The position numbers were made by a program, and so were the translations under genes. Below the pieces are notes generated by a model. It was not told where the DNA came from. It searched no databases and was given only the letters and a program-made list of their open reading frames with translations. Positions 51,185-61,088 of a DNA stretch of 64,000 nt are shown piece by piece. Source of the stretch: a bacterium (lineage in GTDB: Bacteria; Hinthialibacterota; Hinthialibacteria; Hinthialibacterales; Hinthialibacteraceae); NCBI GenBank assembly GCA_963662285.2, contig CAXXMV010000008.1, positions 224,001-288,000 of the forward strand, given 5' to 3'. Position 1 is the first letter of the stretch. Every line of letters begins with the position of its first letter.

Positions 51185-52192
51185 CTACCGATAAAGTTCC
51201 CAATTGACTGCATCTGATAGCCCGATCACCAGTTCAGCGCGCTCAATCATATCGTCAGTAATCATCCAGGGGTCGCTCAGGCCGCCCTGCGCATTCAGGT
51301 TCAAATACAACGTTTCAGTAACAAAATCGACTACGGGAATCTCTGCAGGATTTTGGCCGCCCAATATCGCGGCGGCCATTTCACCAGCGGCATAACCGAC
51401 CTGCTTATAGTTAGGCCCCAAGTCGAACAAAGTTCCCTGCTCAACGCCTCCACTGCCCACTGTGTAAACCGGGATGCTATTAGCGGCAGTCAAAGCCGTC
51501 ACCTGAGAGATTACGTAACGCACTGTGCTCTCTCCGTTTACATAGATAGCCTGGATGCCTTGTTGGATAAGTTCTTCAACTTTGCCTAGCACTTGATCCG
51601 AAGAGTCAGCGGTTGCTTCCAGCAGTTCGATCTGCAACTCGGCGCATATTTCACGGGCCTGTCCGGTTTGAAACACTGAGTTTGCTTCGGCGGTATTATA
51701 GACCAGACCAACCTTGCTCAATGCGGGAAACATCTCACGAGCCAGGGGAAAAGCTTGTTTTACCGGGTTTGGATTGGAGATGCCAGTCATATAATCCGGC
51801 TTTACACCATCCTGAGTCACGCCGACATCAGCGATATAAGCGGATGTAACAAAGGCGAAAACATGGGGAACCTTGGTATCAACATTAGCGTTTGCAACCG
51901 CTTGCAGCGATGGAGTGCTCAAAGAGATAATCAGATCAAAGCCCTCCTGCACGATGCTCCCGGCTAAAGCGGCAAGCGTATCCAGATCGCCCTGCGCATC
52001 GAATTCGGTAATTTGAATTTGGTCGCCTACTGCATATCCATTATCAGCCAAAGCCATAGTGATTGAAGTCAAAGTAATATTGCAGGAGTAATTCGAGTTA
52101 AGTTTCACAACCGCAACTTTTTCACTCCACCCAAGCGAAGAGCTAATTGCCGCTATACCCCATATTAATATGCCATAAAAAAATCTCTTCAT
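51185..52192 (-). CDS. ABC-type substrate-binding protein (orphan) with C-terminal WELYR tail
   Basis: Signal peptide; DAQGD, STPSLQA, VYNTAEANS, GYAAGEMAAAILGG.NPAEIPV; ends SDAVNWELYR. Confidence 0.88.
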   Translation of the reverse strand: MKRFFYGILIWGIAAISSSLGWSEKVAVVKLNSNYSCNITLTSITMALADNGYAVGDQIQITEFDAQGDLDTLAALAGSIVQEGFDLIISLSTPSLQAVANANVDTKVPHVFAFVTSAYIADVGVTQDGVKPDYMTGISNPNPVKQAFPLAREMFPALSKVGLVYNTAEANSVFQTGQAREICAELQIELLEATADSSDQVLGKVEELIQQGIQAIYVNGESTVRYVISQVTALTAANSIPVYTVGSGGVEQGTLFDLGPNYKQVGYAAGEMAAAILGGQNPAEIPVVDFVTETLYLNLNAQGGLSDPWMITDDMIERAELVIGLSDAVNWELYR

Positions 52193-52222
52193 GCTTCAAA
52201 TCCTTTCAACAATTTGTTCAGT

Positions 52223-53485
52223 TTAATCGCCCAAATGACGATCCAACCACTCAAAAGCGCATTCCTGCATCTCTACCGAGAAGGTATGGTCATTATCAAA
52301 GAATTTATATTGATAGTTCTGCGGCGCTTCCATTTTAGCGTATATCTTCTCAATTTTCTCACAGGCGCATTTCATACTTTCCAGAGTATAAAGACCATCT
52401 TTAGAACATTGAAGAACCATCAATGGATTTGGAGCGCAGGCGCCGATCATATCCGGCAAATCCATAAAATGAGTTAAACCGGGTAGAAAATGCGAGAAAG
52501 AATGAGTGTCGACATGAGCCTTGATCAGCTGACGCAGGCAGGCCATCCAACCCACCGAAACGGCGCATTTGATGCGGTCATCCAATGCGCAAAGGTAATT
52601 GGTGCGGTCGCCGCCCATAGAGATGCCCAGGCAGCCGATTCTCGACGCATCAACTTCAGGACGCGACGCGAGATAGTCAACCGTGCGCATTTCATCCCAA
52701 CAGGCGATCCCCTGCCAGGTGGTTCCACCCCAGAAAAGAGATTTAGCCAGGGTGGCTTCTCCACGCCCGGCGCGGCGGTTAGCCTGTTGGATATCATCCA
52801 TGCTGTAGTTATCCAGGTTCATCCCCAGTGAATTCATATCATCAAAAAGAGTGCGGCGTTGCCCAAAGTAAAAACGGTCGATTGAAATAACTACATAGCC
52901 CCGTTTGACCAGTTCTTCAGACGTGCTTCGGCCGCCGTATCCATTCTGCTTCAATTCAGTCAAAGCGGGATGCGGCTTCCTCATGGGCATTACTTTTTCT
53001 TTGCCAAACACAAATTTCCCGGCATGACAATGTAAATCCACAATAGCGGGACGTTTGCCGGAAAACTTCTTGGGGATCAAAACATAAGCGGGAATACGGA
53101 ACCAGGGCGTGGTATTAAACATAACCGTCTCCCTGGTATACTCAGGCGTTTCCCAGCGATCAATCACTTCCGGATTCAGATCAACCACCGGCGGATCGTA
53201 ATGTAAGAGTTCATAAACTTTACCCTGAACCACTTTCCGGAACTCAGCAGGATTATCATAATCATGATTAAGACATGACATGGGATAATCATTTTGATTA
53301 GCAATGGTTTTGATATCATCAAAAAGAGTACCAATATCAGCGCCGGTTTGATGCGAAGCATCCGGGCCGATTGCAGCTGAAACATTTTTGGATGTTGCGG
53401 CTGCTATGATTCCACTGGTGGCTATCACTTGTTTGGCGAATGATCTTCGCGTAAATTCGTTTTCACTTTTCATAACTAGTTCCAT
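52223..53485 (-). CDS. Tat-exported alpha/beta hydrolase (dienelactone hydrolase-like)
   Basis: TRRSFAK twin-arginine signal; RIGCLGISMGG; D and H of the triad (KDGLY, DHTF). Confidence 0.88.
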   Translation of the reverse strand: MELVMKSENEFTRRSFAKQVIATSGIIAAATSKNVSAAIGPDASHQTGADIGTLFDDIKTIANQNDYPMSCLNHDYDNPAEFRKVVQGKVYELLHYDPPVVDLNPEVIDRWETPEYTRETVMFNTTPWFRIPAYVLIPKKFSGKRPAIVDLHCHAGKFVFGKEKVMPMRKPHPALTELKQNGYGGRSTSEELVKRGYVVISIDRFYFGQRRTLFDDMNSLGMNLDNYSMDDIQQANRRAGRGEATLAKSLFWGGTTWQGIACWDEMRTVDYLASRPEVDASRIGCLGISMGGDRTNYLCALDDRIKCAVSVGWMACLRQLIKAHVDTHSFSHFLPGLTHFMDLPDMIGACAPNPLMVLQCSKDGLYTLESMKCACEKIEKIYAKMEAPQNYQYKFFDNDHTFSVEMQECAFEWLDRHLGD

Positions 53486-53504
53486 TTATCCACCATTAAA
53501 ATGA

Positions 53505-56500
53505 TTAATCAAACAAACACAAACGCTCCACATAATCTTTCGAACCATCATTAGACCAGGAATCCAACTGGCTGGGGTCCTTCAATTGTTGGCCTCTTAA
53601 ACGTGGAACCACCATATAGAAGAACGAGGCGTTTTGCAGGGATGTAATGTCGCCCCATAGTTTTTCAAACTGAGCCACCGGGAATACATCTTCCTGCCCA
53701 TGTCCCCAACGGCGCTTGACGTCCTTGATGGTTACATAGGTCGGCACGCGGGCTGCCATGCGGCGCACGGCGGCGGATAATTTTTCCTGCTCGCCGAATA
53801 AATCCTGTCGCGTGATTTCAAAAAGTTCGAGCAATTTATCAATATCGATCCAGGTGGTCAGAGTATTGTAGAAGCGCAACTTAAACTCGTCCGACTCACG
53901 CGGTTGAGCAAGACCTTCCAGCAACCTAACCTTGCCATTCACGTTAGCCAACCCGCCGCCCCGGTCTTCCAGGCGCTTGGGGATCACTTCAAATGACATC
54001 GATTTACCTGATTTAATATGTAAACCCAGGATGCCTGGATCAAGATTAGCGCCCAGCGTATCAATATTATGCACCATCAAATATTTCAAGTTAGGCTGTT
54101 CCTTTAATAATCCAGCCAACACGCCATTCTGGATCATATTGGGAATTTCGTAAAAATGACCAGGAGGATTAAAGCGCTGCAAGGGCAGATTGTCGGTGTA
54201 GTAATTCCCTTCCCCCATGCCGCCAGCCCAATCTTTTAAGGCGCCGCGGATTGATTCACGGACTTTCTGTTTATTCTCATCCAGCATCTCCTGAGGCATC
54301 TCTTCCCATAGGAACATCAAGTCGCGCACCATGGGAATCAAACGATGACTGATAAAACGTCCCGGCGATAGACGCAAGGCGCCCTCATATCCATATTGCT
54401 GATGCATATCAATATTTTTCTGGATAGGGGCATGGGTCAGATAACTGGTGGTTAACACATGAGGAATAGTTGTATTATATTGCTTCATCACCGAACGGCT
54501 TTTGGCCAGATGAATTTCCAGAAAACTGCGGTGCCGTCCAGCATAATTAACAAACGGACTGATTGCTTTAACTACTCCCGCACCGCTGGTCCACCGGCTT
54601 CCCATACCGGCAGCCAGTGAAACAACCGCCGCCTCACCGTTACTGATGGCATCCCGGCCAAGTTTTACTGCATCATCAGCAATATTGTTTTCAGTGATAT
54701 AAACATCATTATCCGCTACATCGGCGATTTCCAAATCTATCGGCAAGCGGTTGCGCGCCAAACCGATTCTTCCCTGACGCAGGTCTTCGCGCAATTGCTC
54801 TTGCTGAACATTATCATAACCATTTTCGGCTTTGATCTTTTCAACTTCCGTCTCCCAATCAGAGTGCGCATTGCCTGTTGCACTGGAAGAATGAGGAAAC
54901 AGGTTATTGACAAGGGTGCGCAGAGTTGAAATCAGTTCGCTGTCCTGGTTGCATTGGTTGGTGAAATGATCCAGATCAAGACTTCTGGAAGCGGCGACAT
55001 GCTCCGGCTTGGATTTGACCATCTCTGGTATCTGCAAAGCATAATAGCGCTCCGGCATCATACTTTGGTCGCCATCCAGTAGAGCGGCGGACGTTCCTTT
55101 TTGGTTTATCTTGAAATCATACACCACTGGATCAATCGCGAAGGGCAAAGCCTCTTGCATTTCATTTTTGGTTTGCTGCATAATCTGTTGGATATCATCA
55201 ACGAAAGCGTCTCGGCGTTCAGGCGCCACGAACATAGCCATGCCGCCGCCTGACATACCGCCCGTCATCAGGAAACCCCAAAAATCAGCGCCATATTTAT
55301 CTCTGGCCCGTTGGATAATGGTTTCAGTAAAGTGATTAGTTACCCAAGGGATAATAGTCTTGAGAGGTTCATCCCAATTTTTAGTGGTTAAACCGCCCAG
55401 CGTTTTAATGTCATTAGCTTCCAGCGCCTGGCAAATCTGATTAAAAATACCATACATATTCTGGCGGGCGTCCCACTCATCTTTAACCCGCAGCAGATAT
55501 TTCTCAGTCACCATCTCCAAGATCGGGCCGACGTTTTGAGCCATACCACCGTGAATCAGAACCAGCGAACGGGAGAGATTATCTCTGATTTCCAGAACTT
55601 TTTCTTCATTCCATACATCGTGTTTCGGCATCAGACGTCCCTGGCTGATCTGGTATTCAGGATCGCCCTGCTGCGCTTCCACGCCATAGATTTTCTTGAT
55701 CCCCGGCCAGATGCCGCCAGAATCCTGCCAACCGCCGCCTGAACCGCCTAACCATTCTCCCAGTATCGCCCGTGATGCAACCAGGCGGCGCGCTTCTTCA
55801 TCCAATTGACCGGTAAAACTATTGGTCTGAGCAGTCGCTCTCATCAATACCGCGATAATAGAGGCCAACAAGTTGGTCGATACCGCCAATCGTGAACCTT
55901 TAGGAATGTTGTTAACTTTGGTTACCAGTTCGATACCCATGTTCTGACCGACGATTTCGGCCAGGATTTTAGCCAGCGATTGGCCGGTTCCCTCGAATGA
56001 AGGCGCAATTAAACCGGAAGCGATCACTCCGGCTTTCAATAAGCCCAGATAATCGTTGCCGAAGTTGAATAGGTCTTCTAAATCGCTTATATCCTTGGTG
56101 GCGTCCAAATCGACGCTGGTCAGCCTGATAATCGGTTCGCTGATTACCCGCACGTAGGTTTCAATTGGGGGAGAGATTTCCGCGTCGCGGCCATGCACTC
56201 CCAAGTCGATAGAAATATTAAGCACCCGTGCGCCTTCGGGATAATCCATACCCAAGAAGAAAATATCCGACCAACCGCTATGAGATAAATCCAGCCGAAC
56301 CGGGGTTTTTTCACATAGAATAGGGTAAAGCGCAGAGCCTTCTTTTCGTTCAGTCAGTTGGCGCACGATGCGGATAGGATTATCCACCGCATAGCCCACC
56401 CGGAACATCCATTGGTTGCCCCGTGATGCGCGGACTGATTTCCTGACCTGATAGATCAAGGTCTCAAAGGTCAAATCATGATAACATTGGGCGATTGCGC

Positions 56501-56843
56501 TAAACAGCGTTCCATTAGCGCCATGCGTTTTAACGTCGCCTAATAATTGCTGGAGCGCTTCTTCAAACCGACGGTCCAGGATATTTTCATAAGTTTGATA
56601 CGGGATAAATCCCACCCGCGCCGTCTCCTCATCCTCCATCAAATGGAATCGGTAAATATGATAAAGGAAGATGCAGGCGCGCACCCGCTCATAAAGATTG
56701 GCGCTGGATCGGCGCAAGACTTCCAATTCAGAACATGCCAGGAGTATTTCGCCGTAGTTCATCTCCCCAACCAGTTCGGTTATTGAACGGTTCCGAACCG
56801 CAGGATCGCTGCTGGTAATAGTTTCAACAAATATATTAGTCAT
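53505..56843 (-). CDS. GHMP-kinase / UDP-sugar pyrophosphorylase (UDPGP-type) fusion protein
   Basis: PVRLDL..GWSD, IPKGSRLAVS, GGGWQD, GGMSGGG (GHMP); LAAGMGSRW, PPGH, HNIDTL, GGGL (UDPGP); start MTNIF at 56843. Confidence 0.85.
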   Translation of the reverse strand: MTNIFVETITSSDPAVRNRSITELVGEMNYGEILLACSELEVLRRSSANLYERVRACIFLYHIYRFHLMEDEETARVGFIPYQTYENILDRRFEEALQQLLGDVKTHGANGTLFSAIAQCYHDLTFETLIYQVRKSVRASRGNQWMFRVGYAVDNPIRIVRQLTERKEGSALYPILCEKTPVRLDLSHSGWSDIFFLGMDYPEGARVLNISIDLGVHGRDAEISPPIETYVRVISEPIIRLTSVDLDATKDISDLEDLFNFGNDYLGLLKAGVIASGLIAPSFEGTGQSLAKILAEIVGQNMGIELVTKVNNIPKGSRLAVSTNLLASIIAVLMRATAQTNSFTGQLDEEARRLVASRAILGEWLGGSGGGWQDSGGIWPGIKKIYGVEAQQGDPEYQISQGRLMPKHDVWNEEKVLEIRDNLSRSLVLIHGGMAQNVGPILEMVTEKYLLRVKDEWDARQNMYGIFNQICQALEANDIKTLGGLTTKNWDEPLKTIIPWVTNHFTETIIQRARDKYGADFWGFLMTGGMSGGGMAMFVAPERRDAFVDDIQQIMQQTKNEMQEALPFAIDPVVYDFKINQKGTSAALLDGDQSMMPERYYALQIPEMVKSKPEHVAASRSLDLDHFTNQCNQDSELISTLRTLVNNLFPHSSSATGNAHSDWETEVEKIKAENGYDNVQQEQLREDLRQGRIGLARNRLPIDLEIADVADNDVYITENNIADDAVKLGRDAISNGEAAVVSLAAGMGSRWTSGAGVVKAISPFVNYAGRHRSFLEIHLAKSRSVMKQYNTTIPHVLTTSYLTHAPIQKNIDMHQQYGYEGALRLSPGRFISHRLIPMVRDLMFLWEEMPQEMLDENKQKVRESIRGALKDWAGGMGEGNYYTDNLPLQRFNPPGHFYEIPNMIQNGVLAGLLKEQPNLKYLMVHNIDTLGANLDPGILGLHIKSGKSMSFEVIPKRLEDRGGGLANVNGKVRLLEGLAQPRESDEFKLRFYNTLTTWIDIDKLLELFEITRQDLFGEQEKLSAAVRRMAARVPTYVTIKDVKRRWGHGQEDVFPVAQFEKLWGDITSLQNASFFYMVVPRLRGQQLKDPSQLDSWSNDGSKDYVERLCLFD

Positions 56844-56892
56844 TCGCTCACATCTCGTTGAGTGTTTTGCATGTAACAAGGTTAGCCAGTAT

Positions 56893-56979
56893 CCCTCCCC
56901 CAAGTCTGGGGGAGGCCAGGAGGGGGTTGATGGGTAGAAACGCAACCCCCCTCTAACTCCCCCCAGGCTTGGGGGGAGA
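56893..56979. repeat. Paired CCCTCCCC/GGGGAGG REP hairpins (REPIN)
   Basis: ccctcccccaagtctgggggaggccaggagggg ... ccccctctaactccccccaggcttggggggag. Confidence 0.75.
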
Positions 56980-57007
56980 ATGTCATCATTAAGAACTGCT
57001 TGGACTC

Positions 57008-57961
57008 TTACTTCTTCCTCTGCTCTTGCTGCAACAAAATCTCAGTCAGATTACTGAGCATTTTTTCCCGGTCGCCGCCCGATAAAGCCAAGGCGATTTG
57101 AGCTTCAACATAGCCATAGGGCACGCCGATGTTATAACGGTGTCCACAGGTCTCAAGCGCCAGGTACTTTTCCTGACGAGCCAACTCACGCAATGCCACT
57201 GTTAGTTGTATTTCTTTATTTCCCCGTGAAACATCCTTGATCTGCTCATCCAAAATTTCAAAAATCCTGGGAGTCAAAACATGCATCCCGAAAAAGCACA
57301 GATAATGTCCAGGGCGCAATCCCGGTACATGCAGAGAGCATTCAGCGATGCTGATATTGGGCTTTTCCAGCATCTCCTCGATTTGGTAGACCTGATGTTT
57401 TCCAGAAACTCGCTTACCGCCGATAGTGCCATATAGATGAATCAAATGTTCGCGGGTCTCTTGCACAGCGGCGACGGAGCATCCTTCTTCCTGAGCCAAC
57501 TCAATAATCTGAGTGGCGCAACGGCGCGACTCATCGGAAATATACAAGTGATCTCCTAATAAAAGCAGAAAAGGTTCATCACCCACAAACTCCCTGGCGC
57601 ACCAGACCGCATGACCGAATCCCTGGGGAGAATCCTGGGGGATAAACTGCATACGCCGTTCAAGGTTTTTGATGCGCTCGGCTTGTTCAATCGCCCAATC
57701 AGAACCTTTATAAGATTCCAGCAAATTTTGCGATATGGCATTGAACTGCCCCCGGTAGTGTTCTTCATCCCCCGGCGCCGAGATAACGGCGATGGACTCA
57801 ATGCCGCTATCCAGGGCTTCCTCGCCGATTATTTGCAGAACCGGCTTTTCCAATCCATCCCGGTCAACAAAGGGCTGCATCCCTTTTTGGACGGTAGTCG
57901 AAACGGGAGACTGCCTCGCCCTTCTACCAGCGGCTGTAATAACGGCTTTTTTAATATTCAT
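57008..57961 (-). CDS. Sugar-phosphate nucleotidyltransferase (GalU-like)
   Basis: IKKAVITAAG, Q..P.GFGHAV.CA..FVGDEPFLLLLGD, EKP, EIQLT.AL; start MNIKK at 57961. Confidence 0.88.
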   Translation of the reverse strand: MNIKKAVITAAGRRARQSPVSTTVQKGMQPFVDRDGLEKPVLQIIGEEALDSGIESIAVISAPGDEEHYRGQFNAISQNLLESYKGSDWAIEQAERIKNLERRMQFIPQDSPQGFGHAVWCAREFVGDEPFLLLLGDHLYISDESRRCATQIIELAQEEGCSVAAVQETREHLIHLYGTIGGKRVSGKHQVYQIEEMLEKPNISIAECSLHVPGLRPGHYLCFFGMHVLTPRIFEILDEQIKDVSRGNKEIQLTVALRELARQEKYLALETCGHRYNIGVPYGYVEAQIALALSGGDREKMLSNLTEILLQQEQRKK

Positions 57962-58174
57962 ATTTTTTCCTGCGCAATTAATTATTAATCGAACATATTC
58001 TGATAGAGCCACAAACTCTAGCATCCTGTTATCATTGATTTTACAGGACTTTTGTAATTTGCCTAGAACAGCAAAACTCAACAATGCTCTAACATACCGA
58101 TAGATATAAAAAGCACAGTACAAGAATCCATAAATCCAAAAAGATTTCTTTTCAAGCAGAAATAACAAATCCAG

Positions 58175-58214
58175 CGTAGTTCAGAGTTACTTGTATCAGG
58201 AACTCTGAACTACG
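58175..58214. repeat. 14-bp-stem inverted repeat in divergent intergenic region
   Basis: cgtagttcagagtt...aactctgaactacg. Confidence 0.7.
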
Positions 58215-58458
58215 TTTAAATCAAGTTTATCCATGCACTTGCACCATAATATATCCTGTAAACCGATATATCCATTAATATATTATTCGATTCTTTTTAC
58301 ATTATTTCCCAAATTCCACTATAATGCTGTAGACGCCGGATAGCGCTTTATGGAATAATACGTATTGAGTTTGGTCTAATATCGTTCTGGTTTGAGAGAA
58401 AGCCCTCAATCCATATGAGTAACCCTTTATATTAATAAAATATTATGAGGAGTGAAAA

Positions 58459-59016
58459 ATGGACTCGCTATACACCTTGAAACATGAACACGATTTAATA
58501 CGGCAAGCGCTGGATAACATCACATTAGCCAAAGAAGATATGGAAAACGGCAAGCAACCGCCGGTGGAATTCTTTAAAAAATCCTTGGATTTTTTCCGTA
58601 CCTTAGTAATTCAACAACATCACATCAAAGAAGAACATCTAATGTTCGGCTTATTGGGTCAAAAAAGAAACCGAAGCATTGATTATCATATTGAAGTTAT
58701 CAACCACCAACATAACCATGGACGGGCAATGATTTATGAACTAGCTCAAGCCCTGGAAGAGTGTTCCGAAGGTGATAACTACCCTACCGAAAAACTAATG
58801 GAATATACTTCCAATTACGCTTCATTGCTCAGAAAACAATTGCAAACGGAAGATTATATTGTATATCCCATGGCTGAGAAGGAACTAACCGATGAAGAGA
58901 TGAAATCTTTCGAGAAGGTTTTCCAAAGAGAAGAAGCTAAAAACGCCGGTAAGTATATGGAAATTGGTTGTAAATTAGTCAACGAGATGGGTTTGATCTT
59001 GATCGCCGATAAGTAG
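58459..59016 (+). CDS. Hemerythrin (HHE)-domain protein
   Basis: LKHEHDLI, HHIKEEHLMF, HQHNHGR, EDYIVYPMA. Confidence 0.85.
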   Translation: MDSLYTLKHEHDLIRQALDNITLAKEDMENGKQPPVEFFKKSLDFFRTLVIQQHHIKEEHLMFGLLGQKRNRSIDYHIEVINHQHNHGRAMIYELAQALEECSEGDNYPTEKLMEYTSNYASLLRKQLQTEDYIVYPMAEKELTDEEMKSFEKVFQREEAKNAGKYMEIGCKLVNEMGLILIADK

Positions 59017-59064
59017 AACAAAAGTCCATTTGCATCAATTCAAAATATTCCGAGTCATTAAATT

Positions 59065-59103
59065 AAAGGCTCCAGTTCGTGATAAGAACTGGAGCCTTTT
59101 TTT
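59065..59103. terminator. Bidirectional intrinsic terminator
   Basis: aaaggctccagttc-gtgataa-gaactggagcc-ttttttt between convergent genes. Confidence 0.88.
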
Positions 59104-59107
59104 ACAA

Positions 59108-60844
59108 TTATTTACTAAGGTTTTCTATAACAAAAAGTCCGCTTTTACCCGGTGCGATTATATCAATATCACCGTCGTTATCGATATCCACCGCCTGTGA
59201 GTTCATCCCCATACCTATGTTTTCATCATAAGTAACAATGTAACGGGTGAACTGTGGAGCGGGGCCTTTTTTCACTTTGTACCAGAAAATGCACTGCGGT
59301 TCCATTGCTCCGGGGTCTCCACCATTATGACCGCGATAGCGTTTGCCTGAGATAATATCCTTGGTTCCATCACCATCCAAATCTGTCAAAATGGGGCAGT
59401 GAACTTGTGAATACGAATCATCAATCACATGCGGGAAAATCCAGGCGCTACGCCCTGCACTATCCATGGTCTGTTCTAACCAATACAGCCCGAAATTATG
59501 CCCATTGCCGTAAATGATGTCAGGTAGACCATCCAGGTTCAAATCATTAACGATTTGAGGAATGCTGGAGTCATGGTTCATGTAATCTGGATGCCAAGTC
59601 CAATCCTGGGTTTGAGGATTAAGCGGACATTCATACCATCCCGAGGAAGTCAGAACATCATTACGGCCATCAGAGTTGATATCGCCGAATCCCATGCCAT
59701 GTCCGCGTCCTTCCCATCCAAAAATCCTCTTCTCAAATCCTGTTTCGCTCTTATCAAAGCCGACATTAGCGTAATAGCAGGGTGGAACGGTGGTATCATA
59801 ACGGTTAACTAAAATATCCTGACGGCCATCATAATCTACATCGCACAGGAAGATTGACTCGGTATTATTAAGCCCGGTTCCGATGATATGCTCTTTCCAC
59901 AATTCTCCGTTGTCTTTATCGCCGGGATTTTCATACCATACCATATCAGGTGAAAACCAGCTGCCCGTCACGACATCCGCCCATCCGTCGCTGTTGACGT
60001 CCATAGACCACTCGCCGTAATTTTTAGTATATTCACCGGACATTCCACAATCGCGCAGTTTATGCTTATTCCATTCAGGCGCTTCGTACCAATATGATCC
60101 ACAGGTGATATCCAGTTTTCCATCACGGTTGATATCGGCTATAGCGCATCCCTCGCTGCCTTCCATCCCGATCTGATGGTTTTTGAATTTGATTGGAGAT
60201 GGTTCGCACTGATATTGAGGTTTAAGGTCTTTGATGCGGATATTGCGGAACTGAACCACCTGATCTTTGAGATCCTCGCCGCCATGAACCTGTAAACCGA
60301 TACGGCCTTTTTGGGGTCCTTCCAAATGGGTATCTACTACTTTAGTTTTATTTACGTAAACTACGATATGATCTTTTACGCAAATGATATACATCTCGTT
60401 CCCATCTTTACTGTGCAGATTCTGCGACGCAGCCTGATGTTTGAACACGCTTCCGGTGGGATATTCTTTATGGTTATCTGAAATTTGAATTTCGAATCCG
60501 AACTCTGAGGGTCGTCCGACTTTATCTTTAGGCATACGGACGCCGATGCCGCTATTGCAGTTGGGCGTCATTTTGAATTCAGCATATAGGATGAAATCAT
60601 CCCATTCTTCGGTAGTGAACAACCACGAATCCTTACCGGTGGCAGGGTCTTGTTTTCCGGTCAAGACGCCATTTTCAACCGTCCACAAACCTGACCATTG
60701 CATCTTCCATCCGTCCAGGTTGGATTTGTTGAAAAGCGTTTCATAGTCCTTGTCATGCTGGGCGGAACTGGATTGAGGCAACCCAATCACAACGCAGAAA
60801 GCGCATAGTGCGATAACAGTGATAGTAGTACTTAAACGTTTCAC
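59108..60844 (-). CDS. Secreted DUF1080 plus FG-GAP/VCBS beta-propeller protein
   Basis: LFN..NLDGW, NSG, FEIQI, GRIGLQ.H, FRNIRIK; repeated D.N.DG..D motifs. Confidence 0.9.
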   Translation of the reverse strand: MKRLSTTITVIALCAFCVVIGLPQSSSAQHDKDYETLFNKSNLDGWKMQWSGLWTVENGVLTGKQDPATGKDSWLFTTEEWDDFILYAEFKMTPNCNSGIGVRMPKDKVGRPSEFGFEIQISDNHKEYPTGSVFKHQAASQNLHSKDGNEMYIICVKDHIVVYVNKTKVVDTHLEGPQKGRIGLQVHGGEDLKDQVVQFRNIRIKDLKPQYQCEPSPIKFKNHQIGMEGSEGCAIADINRDGKLDITCGSYWYEAPEWNKHKLRDCGMSGEYTKNYGEWSMDVNSDGWADVVTGSWFSPDMVWYENPGDKDNGELWKEHIIGTGLNNTESIFLCDVDYDGRQDILVNRYDTTVPPCYYANVGFDKSETGFEKRIFGWEGRGHGMGFGDINSDGRNDVLTSSGWYECPLNPQTQDWTWHPDYMNHDSSIPQIVNDLNLDGLPDIIYGNGHNFGLYWLEQTMDSAGRSAWIFPHVIDDSYSQVHCPILTDLDGDGTKDIISGKRYRGHNGGDPGAMEPQCIFWYKVKKGPAPQFTRYIVTYDENIGMGMNSQAVDIDNDGDIDIIAPGKSGLFVIENLSK

Positions 60845-61020
60845 AATAAAAAAACTCCTTCCAAATTAAATATATAAGAGAGGCTGGCAAAAAAATTAAT
60901 CATATTGAAAAAACCTGATTGGCGTTTTGTTCAATATTCTTGTCAATCGCTTTTTGACAATCGCTCTAGAAAGTTTGAATAATATCCTACCGTAAGCGTG
61001 GTTTGATTGGTAGGTATTGA

Positions 61021-61055
61021 AAAGCCGGAGAACAATTTCTCGCTCTCCGGCTTTC
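61021..61055 (-). terminator. Intrinsic terminator
   Basis: aaagccggaga...tctccggcttt downstream of the C45 gene. Confidence 0.7.
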
Positions 61056-61088
61056 GGGGGTGTGTTGCAACATATTTAATTCACATAA

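Noticed and set aside
56844-56945. N-terminal extension MRFYPSTPSWPPPDLGEG of the 1146-aa ORF
   Set aside because: It is translation through a REP hairpin; the start at 56843 is more plausible.
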